Source: Balanoglossus misakiensis
Lineage: Eukaryota > Animalia > Hemichordata
DNA: 64,000 nt
Reading direction: 5' to 3'
Assembly (NCBI GenBank): GCA_040954595.2
Contig: CM082577.2
Coordinates: 930,001-994,000 of the forward strand
Part shown: piece after piece, positions 48,195-59,200 of the stretch
Layout of the letters: the number at the start of each line of letters is the position of its first letter
Numbering within the stretch: position 1 is the stretch's first letter
Notes under the pieces: model-generated
The model's input: the letters and a program-made list of their open reading frames with translations, nothing else
What the model was told of the DNA's origin: nothing
Databases searched by the model: none
Program-made: the position numbers and the translations under genes

Positions 48195-51100
48195 AATCAT
48201 TTCTGAGGATGAGGACTTTTGTAACCAAAAATAGTATTCTAATTAATGACATATAGGAAAGTTTTGCAACCAAGACTAACAGGAATATGAATGCAATCAT
48301 ATTTGTTAGTCAAATGGTTCATTATTCTCAAAACACTGCTCAGTTGTGATCGGTTTTTGTCTGATCTAAAGAGCATAATTCTGTGAGGTCGTGAGAATGG
48401 AAGGTGGGCCAATTTGAGATGGATTCTGGGAGGTGGGTTCGTTTCATCACAGGAGGCGTGTTCCCTTTATATGGGATGTGGTTTCCACCGTTGGCATGGG
48501 AGACTAGACTTTGCTTAGCAACAGTTCCTTTCTACCATGGGAGGTGTGTTCTGCTAAGGGGAGAACCATTTAGTTTCGGGGGGGAGGATTTGGGCATGTT
48601 GGCAATTTTGTTTCGGCCAATGTTACAGAAATTTCTTTTCTATTGCCAGTCCTACATTTTTTCTCAAGGCACCGCAGAAAAAAAAAAGAAATTTTTCCCC
48701 TCTGCCTACAATTCCCCCACCCCCAAAAAATCACCTATTCCCCCAGACATCAAGCACTGTATGTCAAAAAAATTACTTAGACTTCAAAACGCAGGCATCT
48801 GAAAACATTTGGTCCAAAACAGATAGAACCTGGCCAGCTATCTAGAATCCACCACTATGGCAGCATCTACATTTGTACACAGTTCTGTATTATGTGACTT
48901 GACAGTGAATTGATACAAAGTTGCCATGGTGATTTGGATGCAAGTACCTAGAATGATTTGAGCCCAAAAGGTGAAAACAGTTGTAATCACATCAGCTGGA
49001 AACTAGATGATTTAAAATGCAGACACTATAGTTTGGCAGCAAGTTCAAAGTACCAATGACAGGTATTAAAACAGTAAACAATCAGTACAGTAAATTGTTC
49101 ACACCTAGATATCGGTCAAGTAAACATTGCAAGCAGTTCCCCTACTTCACTTGATCATGACTGCATGGACAGATTGATTGTTCAGTTGAAAATTGTTGCT
49201 ATGTTATATTGTTTGAAATACACAGGACTTTTGCATCAACTGAATAAGCAACAAATATCCGGAAGAATTGCCTGGTCAGGATGGAAGTGGGAGTACACTT
49301 AGGGCCTGGGGTGGGGTGTGTGCCACCTATGACAGAGATCATACCACTTCTACACCACCCTTTTATACATTTTCACCTTGACTTACATTTTGCAAAATGC
49401 ACTTGAAATCAGTATCCACCCTGCAAAACCAACATTGTGGCTAATTTTCACAAGTATAACCTTGAGATTTGAACAATGAAATTGTCTAATCACAGCTGCA
49501 GAATGGGCCAATTTAAGACTAATTTTTACACTCAAATCTCCAAATTGCTACCTATTTCTACACTGAAATCTCCAACGGCTGCCATGAATATTTCTGAACA
49601 TTTAAAACTCAAATCCCCGGAAAAGGGTTTATCACAATTTGGAGCTGCATATGGTCACCTTTACAGCATGCATATATGGTCCTTAAGGTTTGTCCTCGTA
49701 CTGATAATTGGTCCACATTTTCAGGGTTGCGTGCGAATGATTTTCAATCTACTGTGATATACAGGTATGGTACAATTACAACCATGTGGTTCGCAGATGG
49801 GAAAAACAAATTGTGCCACCCGGGACTTTAAACTTTGCCTAATTGCTTCCATGTCAAATTAGCAAAATGAGAAAGTTTAGTGATATTTTGATGGTATTTT
49901 CTAATAGGTTAGATTTACTCGAGGAATTTTTCATTCAGTCAAATAATTTTTTTGGAATAAAATGTCATGCCTGACAGTTTCTCACTGAAATTTGTAGCTT
50001 AATTGTGTCAGTTAAATTTCAAAATCCCCAACACACATTTTAAGGAACAAGAGAATTGCAACCTGGCAGATTGGGTACCATTTTCACCCTTCTTGATTCT
50101 CGGTCTAGAAACAGTTGGTTTTCGATCCTGCAGGGGCTACAAGTGGAACCTGCCATGTTTGGCTTCATCTGAGAAACCAGCATTGCCAATTTGGTTGTGT
50201 TTTTTATGTCTGCTTGGCTAGAAGTGGGTCAAAAGTAGGGGAATTCTGCCAAGAATTCCTCTTTACCAGTACCGGTATATCAATTTTTAATCATTAGTTG
50301 TGACCAAGAATACTGAAGTTTACCTTTCAAATTTACTAACGGAGATTTGAGCATAGTCTATTTTAATTGCTTTTTTTCCTGATATATGCTGCATTTAGAT
50401 GAGAAGTCTGGGTCCTCATGGAACACGAAATAACTTGTGAAACGCCCACTCCATACTAAGTGTTTCCAAACAATAGTTGTCATTCACAGTGTGACCAAAA
50501 ACAGACTTTAATTACATATGACCTTTGGCCTTTGCTGCACGGGTCAGACCTCAGCCACGATTTAACAGATAAATTGTTTTTAACAGAGATAAATTGTATT
50601 TATGGCAACCGTTGATAGGTAAGCATTAGATAATGATCCTTGAGTTCAGAATTGCATAATCCTTTAACACAGTAACTTGTGTGGTAATTGCTTTTATCAT
50701 ATTTTCCTGTTTGTATGTTCTCTGATGGCCAGGATTTGTTGATTGTGGTTCAATTATTTTGTTCTCTTTGAACAAGTATGTAACACTAATCTTCAAAAGG
50801 TATAGGGAAGAGGGACGTGTAAGCTCCTTTGGGGAATTAAAATTCTCTGTAAAATAAAGACACTTGATGTATTTAGGAATTAATCCCCTTTTCCTAGAAA
50901 AACCACCTGTTTGATTGCACAATCCATTATTTACCCATAATGCAAAGAAGGGATCCAAGTTTGGAGGGACACATGAAATGAAGTTCTTGTAATCTTAAAT
51001 ATCGTCAATTAAAAATGAAAAATCTTTGCATACTTCCACTATTAAAAATTGCACACTACAGTATATGTTAATATAAAATCATGTATAATCCACCTTAACA

Positions 51101-53938
51101 ATTTGCATTTTATCTTTTAATGAACAAAGCCAGAAAGCTTGGGGACTTCTCATTTTGTGTGGCTCGATCCAATATAAAGCCAGCATTGGGAAACAGAAGT
51201 TTAATTCTGAGTGGCCATACTAAATCTACTGGAGATGATTATGATACACAGCATGCACTGACACACAATTGTCAATAATCAACTGAACCAGTCATAAAGG
51301 TGTTGCATAGGGTTTTCCCCTCATTTCAGGGTCTTGACAATCACTGAATCAAATTATTGCAGCTCAAGTTTTACAACTTATTGAAGTTGACGCTTTGCTA
51401 AGGGTTATTGGTATGTATCTTACAATTGTTATTGTAATGGTTAAATGTTAGATATGTTAGCTGTGACAATTAACTGCCACAGGTCTGTTTCTGTCTAATC
51501 CATGATGTCATGAAAAAAAAAAATTCTCAAAGAATGACAAAAGTATCCTGTTGGTTCATAAAGTTCTACAACAGATGTCTTTCTGTCTTCACAGAAATGT
51601 ATTGTTTTTATGATGGAAGATGTGTTTTTCGGTGGTTTTCGGTTAAATAGCCATATGTCCAAATAGTAGATTGTAAATAATATCTCATGCCACATTTTTA
51701 ATGCCTTTCCATCACACAATTTACCTCTGTATCAAATAATAACAAACTTTAAAGTAACTATATCTGGTGTCATGAATTTCACCAGCATTTGACAACAATG
51801 CATGGCTATCTTTCAGAGTTGGCAAAATATTACATCATTTTTTCCCCAGGGCGCGATAAATTTCAGTTGAACTATGTATATGCTCTCTGTCAGAAAACAA
51901 ACAAACAATAACATGATATATGCAGTCGAGGTAAACCAAACCTTGATATGGCACCTGTTCAAGGAAAAAACGACAAAACTTAAGAAATCCATCTGGTATC
52001 TCAATACCGAAAAAAGTTGATTTTATAGAAAAAAAAGAAAGAGGATAATGATCAACACCAATGATGTAACAAACAAACACACACACACATTCACACACTA
52101 TTTTAATAGGTGGTCCAGAGCTGATAATCTTAAGAGGGGTCATAGGTCAGAACGAGTATTTGCACGTAGTGAAATAAGGATATGGAAAGGGTAATGATCA
52201 GTGCTTCCTGGTTCACAGTCATTGAGTGTAAACAACACGGCTAGGCAACCACGTTCACTATGTACAACGTTCATATACTGGATGGTAAAGAAACTTTGGA
52301 AGTTCCGAAGATTGGTCGTCTAGGTTATAATTGGCTTTAATTCCTGGCTTCACAACCAGTGAGCCAAAGGTACGACAATTGAAACTGTCTTGTTACTGTT
52401 GGAAGGATTGAATCAGTGTGACTTGGCCTGTTCAAGTCAAGTAAGTCCAAAATAGTAAATATCAACAGCTCTTTCAGACCTGAGCTTCTGATAACATATA
52501 CCAGATTTACTCCTACACACAGAACTACTGGATCATGTACAGGTATGGCTATGAAAGAAACACGATCGTCAAAACGACTTTCTACAAAGGCAACTATAGG
52601 TTGTTGCGTTTGAAGTGTCTGCATTTATCATTCACGCAATATGAAAATCAAACAAAAAAATTTGTGCCAACCTGGTTGTCAGTTTTGAGGTGAACTTCAA
52701 ACAAAGAAAATATCAACTAGGGACGATTGTATCAGACCTGGGTAATGATTAATTGCTTATTTTGAGAGTACGTGTATTACAGGGTGGTATTCAATTCGAG
52801 GTCACAAGAGTTATCGTTGATTTTTCTGGCAGCTATTAAATGTCGGACACGTTCGCCTTATGCGCATGTGTGTAAATTTCGTGTGTACAAACATTATGTC
52901 CAATCCAATTTTCTATGATATAGGCAGTATATTGCCATGTTGTTTTCCTTGTTGACTTATAGTGGTTGATTTGTGTTTACTAAACTGTTTTACACAAACA
53001 GGGTATGTTTGTGCCATGCACTGCAGTGCAGGCAGGTCATAACTATTATGACCATCAATCTAATTATAGTCACATGTAGTAGTTCATAGGATGGGCACTA
53101 AATGCTTGGTTTACTTTGAATTCTTTTATTGCAATAGCCCATCCTGGGTCCCGCCTTTGACCACACCTATATTTAGCTTTTCCTTCCGGAAAACAAATCT
53201 TGTAGCATGATGTCAAAAGGTTGAGAGAAATATAAAGGTTTGCTTTTAGTTCAGCCAGGATTATGATTTCAATCCATTGGAATGTTTGCTGCACACCAGC
53301 TGTTGAAGTTTGGTAAAAAAAACTACTCGAGTTTCAGAACGACATATACACGTTTTAGTCAAAATGTTCATGATTTTGTTTGGTTGTAAAACCTTTAAAA
53401 AAAATATTTGAAAAAATTGAAAACAACAACAATTTTTATCACCAATTTACAACATATGCAATGTATGACAATATGGTATACAGAAACCAACAACAATATT
53501 TTGACAAGTTCCTGTTTGATGTCTGGGGAACCTTATCAGTGGTATCTTCATCATAGATACCCTCTGTGTGATGATGATGTCATTGTTTTGGAATTCTGTC
53601 AATGATTCAGAGAAGCACTAGATATTTGATGTTTTCTGATGAGGTGGAAAACAAACAAACAGAAGATCTCCCTATTTGGCTAATATATGCACTTGTTGCT
53701 AAGCAATATTGTGTGAGCACTATCATCTTATGGTAGGCCAGGTAAACTGTCTGGCACAGCCAGTTTTGCCCCTCAAGTATATTCATTGCCGACTATACAC
53801 AAGCGTGTTATTATGCAAATAATTATGGTGTTTTTTTATTTTTCTTCTTAATTCTTCAGAAAAATGGGTCTTCGAAGCACCACAATACATCCATGATGGC
53901 AATTGTGCTCACAAACCTGATCTACATGTAGAATAAAA

Positions 53939-56227
53939 ATGTCTGACCACCTGAACAAGAGCATCATGGGTATCTCCAAGGTAACATCAGCAGCTGTGGC
54001 GGAAAATGCCAAGATGGTGGACGATGATGGAGAAAACATGGTGAGCATTGCTACCAAATCCACCGAACCAGACTCCAATCAGTACATTTGGATTGCTGTC
54101 ACTGTTGCTGTCATCGTTGTAGTTGTCTTGGTTGTGATATTCTGCTGTCTGAAAAAATGCAATGTAGTGAAATGTACAATTGCCAGCCTCTTCAAAAGTT
54201 CAAGAGATAGTGTCAGTCTGGCGGACAGTGCCAGTGGTTTGGATACTGAGGAGGAGTGTGTCATTGCAGATGTTGATGTCACTGTGATGACAGATGCAAT
54301 GTTCCAACAGGCTGTGTTTGGAAGGGGAATCCAAACCACATCCAAATCTGTGTATGTCAATTTTGGCGTTGGAGAGGTGGACAATTATGGCTTCGACACA
54401 AGTCCTCATTCCTACGTGTACCAGTACCAGGGAACCATGGCAACCACTCTGCAGGAACCAACTCACATGGTTGATGCAAACCAGGATGCAGTGTCAACAT
54501 CATCATCATCATCGTCTTCATCGTCAATGTCATCACTGTCACACAAGATACCCGAACTGTCTTACAATATAACAGACAAAGATCCACTTGAGACTGCAGA
54601 TGAGGATCTGTCTGGACTGGCAGTTCCGCAACCGGTGGAAGAAGCATCGAATGAAGCACTTCCGGATTTCGGAGTGAAGGAATTCTTCACACACATGGAG
54701 CGTAGTGAGACAAGAACTGTGAAAGGAAAGTTGATGGTGTTCATATCTCGGCTTGTGGACCATCATGGTGACTGCCTGATTCTAGACCACATGGGAATAT
54801 CCCTGACAGTTCCCCCCGGGGCAATCTCGGAAGGCTGCAAGGAGACCATCTTCTTGATACTGGACTGGGACTTGAGTGATTTTCCTCACTTGAAGCCTCA
54901 CGAGTCAATAGTCAGTCCAGTCGTCCACTGTGGACCGCACGGTTTGAAGTTTCACAAGCAATGCATGTTGAGTTACAAGCACTGTGCTGACGACATAGAT
55001 GTGGTGTCTGTATGGGCAAGCCAGACCGGCATCATGCCGACTAAATCCTGGAACTTGCACAGTGGCGCAAAAAGCGCAAACAATGATATTGCGATTCTCC
55101 AAGACGAATGCCAGATTCACACCTCACATTTCACCCTCTTCACGAGCCTGCTGACAACAAATGAAGTGTCCAAGAAATGGCTGCAGCTGGCCGCATTTGC
55201 CCGCCCGCTGCGAATGGGCAAGTTCTATGAAATACGTGTTTATTTCCTGAACAAGACGCCCTGCGCTTTACAGTTTGCTGAGCAGACTGAAGCCAAGCAG
55301 TTTGGAACGCGATTGCTGACTCCTGCCCAGAAATTTCTGTACATAGGTGATGGCAAAGACATGTGTCTGGAACTGGAAAGAGTCAGCGAAGGATGGAAGA
55401 ATCAAGATCATGAGGACACTGAAGTGTTACCTTTCCTGTCCATCTGGCACGGAGAGTGTCCGCATGTTCAGTTTGTCTTCGAGACAAGCGGAACACCCAC
55501 AACACAAATCAATGTGACTTTCAAAGCCTATCAGAAGAGCAGGAAATCGAACTGCATTAAACTTAAGATCATTGATGAGTGCATCGACCCATCGGAGGGT
55601 GGCACAAAGCAATTAGATGGGGGCACAGTTCAGGCCAATGATCAGTGTCACAGTGACGCCATGCAGACCAGTGGAATATCCAACAGTCCAAGACCACTCA
55701 CTCAACCAAATACTCGCACTGCCAATCAAGAGGGAGAACAGAAAACAAAGTCCCCTGATCTGCATCGTATACCCCTGAAACTGAGGATTGAACTGCAAGC
55801 GAAACTGGATGGCACAAGTCCAATTGGTCAGGACTGGAGAGCATTCGCAGAAAAGCTTGGCCTGGGAAGGTTCATCCACAGCTTTGAACGGAAGGATAGC
55901 CCGATGGACAACCTCATGAATGCATTCGAAACTACGGGAGGGGATTTAACACAGTTGGCACAAATCATGATAGACATTGAAAGACATGATGTCCACAGAA
56001 TCATCATGGAGTACATTCATGAGGAAATGAGACCAAAAGGTGACAGTTCATGCCAAGCTAGGGAGACCTGCACTCAAGTGATGCCAAGGGACAAAAAAGG
56101 GCCAAAAACTACAGGGCCTGTAATGGTATCAGTGAAGACTCAACCACCCAAACCCAGAAAGCAGCCATCATCAAGTAGACTGCAATTCTCTGGGTTTCCC
56201 CAAAATATGATTTCAGCCAAGGTCTGA
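53939..56227 (+). CDS. UNC5CL: UNC5C-like (UNC5CL/ZUD-type) membrane-anchored ZU5-UPA-death domain protein, 762 aa, single coding exon
   Basis: 2289-nt ORF preceded by an in-frame TGA at 53918. TM helix YIWIAVTVAVIVVVVLVVIFCCL near residue 50; ZU5 (GISLTVPPGAI, SPVVHCGPHGLKF...LSYKHCA, HFT); UPA (KKWLQLAAF...IRVYFLNKTPCALQ); UNC5-type death domain (LDGTSPIGQDWRAFAEKLGL...SPMDNLM...IERHDV). No Ig or TSP ectodomain. Strict orthology to vertebrate UNC5CL is unproven. Confidence 0.88.
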   Translation: MSDHLNKSIMGISKVTSAAVAENAKMVDDDGENMVSIATKSTEPDSNQYIWIAVTVAVIVVVVLVVIFCCLKKCNVVKCTIASLFKSSRDSVSLADSASGLDTEEECVIADVDVTVMTDAMFQQAVFGRGIQTTSKSVYVNFGVGEVDNYGFDTSPHSYVYQYQGTMATTLQEPTHMVDANQDAVSTSSSSSSSSSMSSLSHKIPELSYNITDKDPLETADEDLSGLAVPQPVEEASNEALPDFGVKEFFTHMERSETRTVKGKLMVFISRLVDHHGDCLILDHMGISLTVPPGAISEGCKETIFLILDWDLSDFPHLKPHESIVSPVVHCGPHGLKFHKQCMLSYKHCADDIDVVSVWASQTGIMPTKSWNLHSGAKSANNDIAILQDECQIHTSHFTLFTSLLTTNEVSKKWLQLAAFARPLRMGKFYEIRVYFLNKTPCALQFAEQTEAKQFGTRLLTPAQKFLYIGDGKDMCLELERVSEGWKNQDHEDTEVLPFLSIWHGECPHVQFVFETSGTPTTQINVTFKAYQKSRKSNCIKLKIIDECIDPSEGGTKQLDGGTVQANDQCHSDAMQTSGISNSPRPLTQPNTRTANQEGEQKTKSPDLHRIPLKLRIELQAKLDGTSPIGQDWRAFAEKLGLGRFIHSFERKDSPMDNLMNAFETTGGDLTQLAQIMIDIERHDVHRIIMEYIHEEMRPKGDSSCQARETCTQVMPRDKKGPKTTGPVMVSVKTQPPKPRKQPSSSRLQFSGFPQNMISAKV

Positions 56228-59200
56228 TATGGTCGGCAAACAGAAGTACAAAAGGACAGAGCAATTGATATGAATATTTGGATTTGTTAAAATAATGCGT
56301 ACAAGACACTCTGAGGAATAGATTGTCTTGCTCTGTCTTTAAATTCCATGCAAATGATGCTGGGAGTCATATTGTTCATGTTGATTAAGTATTACTTGTA
56401 TTGAGACTGTCAACTTTATTTGAATATAGCCACTTTTATGAATTAAGACTTTCAAATCATTTGTATTATATTCTATCATTTAGACTTTTATAATATTTGA
56501 ATATTAATAATAATGCTCAAATTCAATGAATTTAAACCATCATATTATTTGCCAAGTGAACAAACAAAAATAAGTTTTTTATACTGGGTAGTATTAGTAA
56601 AATTCATTACAAATGTTTTTAATTCTGTGTTGCCATTTATGAGTTTCAAAGGCATTTCACCAAATTTTATTATTTTGCATCATTTGATTTACGTCATTTG
56701 CATTGCTGGTCGATGTGATGACTCTATAGGTACAGTCGCCTATGTCCAAGTACAAGGGCCCAGTCACACTAGTTAAACATAATGATATTGAAGCACTTTT
56801 TAGTGGTGTAAAGACAGAAGTCATGTTTAGCTAGGGCATATTTTCAGTTAAGTTCATGTGTAATTGAAAGGACATAATTTTAGTAAACACAGAAGGAACG
56901 AATCCAACCTGTAAATTAAATTTGGTAAAAAAATTTCATTGTTGACAACAATGCCCAATCACACACATAAAAGTACATCCAAAGTTAGACAGTATTACAT
57001 GTACTGTATTTTTAAAGTAAAAGATATGTCCTTGGTAGAAAATTACAATCCATATGAGAGTTAACATTGTTAGCACTCAAGTTGTTCTCGTCTTCGAGTT
57101 TACGCAAGACTCACAATCACATCTGCTGTTTACAGTTGATTATGTTTACTCAAAGGGTGGGAACATTTGATTGAAGTGCTCAGGTCAATCACATTGGCTG
57201 TGCAGCCATTATCACATTCTCAACTTGAGCCAACACATGAGTTTTTACTTTTATAATAATCATCTCCCATCCTCTTTAGAATTGAGGAATTTTGTTGTAC
57301 TAAAAATAACCAAAATTTTTAAGTTTATGCTTAAAAGTTGACATCAAAGAGCTACGTGTCAGGAAAATGTAATTCTAAAAAAAAGAACCAAACAGCTTAA
57401 GAATGCAGAAGCTGAACAGCAAATGGTTACGAGAGAGATTGTGCTATTTGCTACCCTTGGGCTTAATAGTTTAAGTAAGAGATTGTAATAAAAGGATCAA
57501 TTTTTGTTGTCAATGAACAATGAAAGTGGCAGCTTTACAAGAGGGGATTACTTCTGTCTTCAACATTTATTGAAGTTGTTATTAAAGTACACTACATTTT
57601 CACCTGTTTTGTGTCAATTTTACTCACAAATTTTAGCTCAACAAAATTTCATTTAAAAATATTTTACACTCTACATACAAAAATCATCCACAAAAGAATT
57701 CAATGAGTGACTGTATTAAACACTTGCTGTTCAAATAGTCCAAGTTAAATTTTTGTGAAAACTTTCTTTGTTTAAAGATAGATTTTTGTGGTACAGTAAT
57801 TTCCTACAGGTGGCTCTCTGAGTGTGGACTTGTCATAGTCACATGTCAAATTTTATTGTTCATTCTAGTTTGTGTCTCTTTTTTCAAAGTTAAGTGTTTC
57901 GGTGTAACACTTGGGGAAAATGTTTGCCTGCCACAAAGCCCTCCCCACAGTGTCCATTACGCTATGAAATTTCTTTTGGTTACAGGGCAAATGTTAAACT
58001 GTGATGTTGTATTATACATATGTAAATCAGAGTTTTTCATTTTAAAGATAAAGAGTGCATGTGTGCAACGATATATTATTTTATTGAAATGCCATTGCAG
58101 TATTACGCATTCATTGGTAATAAAATGCTTTGTGAACTTGAGAAATATTCTTGCTGTATATGTTTTTTTTTTAAAGTATCAATTGAACCATTCATTTTTG
58201 GAAAGACCGTAAAATTTATTGAAAACCGGGAGAAATCCATACAATCAAGAAAATTCAATCTGTACCATTTTCATGGAAAAATGTATTGCTATGGTTACAC
58301 AGTAAACATTGTCAAATGTGACAACAATTAACCCAATGTTCCTAACACTATTCAAAACTGAAGATCAAAACTTAAATCATGATTTAAGTGTCATAAACAA
58401 ATTCAATATTGCAAAATGTTGATGAAAATCTAGAGGTATTTTCAAAATAGGCAAACCCTGGAATTAAAATGGATAGAGGTAGATCAACAAAACTGCCAAT
58501 GTTTATCATGCTGGATTAATTTGTATCACTAATCATGTCTGGAATACTGTAGTCATTAACTTGTATTATCTTATTCTATAGTTGCTGTTTCTTTGAAAAT
58601 GGCCTAGAATCAGTGACTTCGCGATTTGACAGTGTACAATTTGAAGATAGATACACAAGAAGGTTTTGGAGACAGAGGACCAGGCATTATGGTGTAATCA
58701 GGTCTCGAGTCAGGTCAAAGGTCATAGAGCAGGAAAAAGAAATACAACTGCAATTGAAATTTCTGCTAAATATACTCATCACACGATTATTCTGAGTTAA
58801 AGCTTCCACCAAAGACTTAAATCAAAGGTAGAAATTTAAATTTTTGAAATTTAAACATTGAATTTTTAAATTTGTTTTAAAATGTTACAAGAATTATGAC
58901 TGTCACCACTGTGCCTATATGCATGGTTTGTTTAAAGGTATTACATTTTCTGAAAAAGGTAAAAACTTCCCTAGACTGCCTTTTGACCAAATCCTCAATA
59001 ACCTCCACAAATACTCTTGAGAGGAGAAAGCAAAATTTGTACATATCATCTGATCATGAAGAAGAATACATGCATTGCCATTGAGGGCGCTCCCATCAAT
59101 CCCTCCTCCAAGAGGGATTAAACTATGGAGAGCCAAAGTCACCTTCATTTGTCATTTTGACAATCATTCCATTTATCCTCAAATGATACAATTTTCACAA

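Noticed and set aside
48553-48600. TAAGGGGAGAACCATTT...GGGGGGG, similar to the reverse complement of about 3100-3155 (possible Harbinger-like MITE ends)
   Set aside because: Similarity is short and degenerate; no paired TIR or TSD could be established.
49813-49833. tRNA/SINE-like B-box fragment (GTGCCACCCGGGACTTTAAAC), and a similar GGTTCGAGCCCC near 42188
   Set aside because: No cloverleaf or A-box could be built, and the fragments are too short to call.
54079-56016. Several antisense and alternate-frame ORFs over the UNC5CL-like CDS
   Set aside because: They are shadow ORFs of a real coding sequence with no recognisable motifs.
58712-58724. Perfect nuclear-receptor DR1 element AGGTCAAAGGTCA
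   Set aside because: It is a single isolated motif with no supporting context, and GGTCAAAGGTCA-type strings are frequent in invertebrate repeats.
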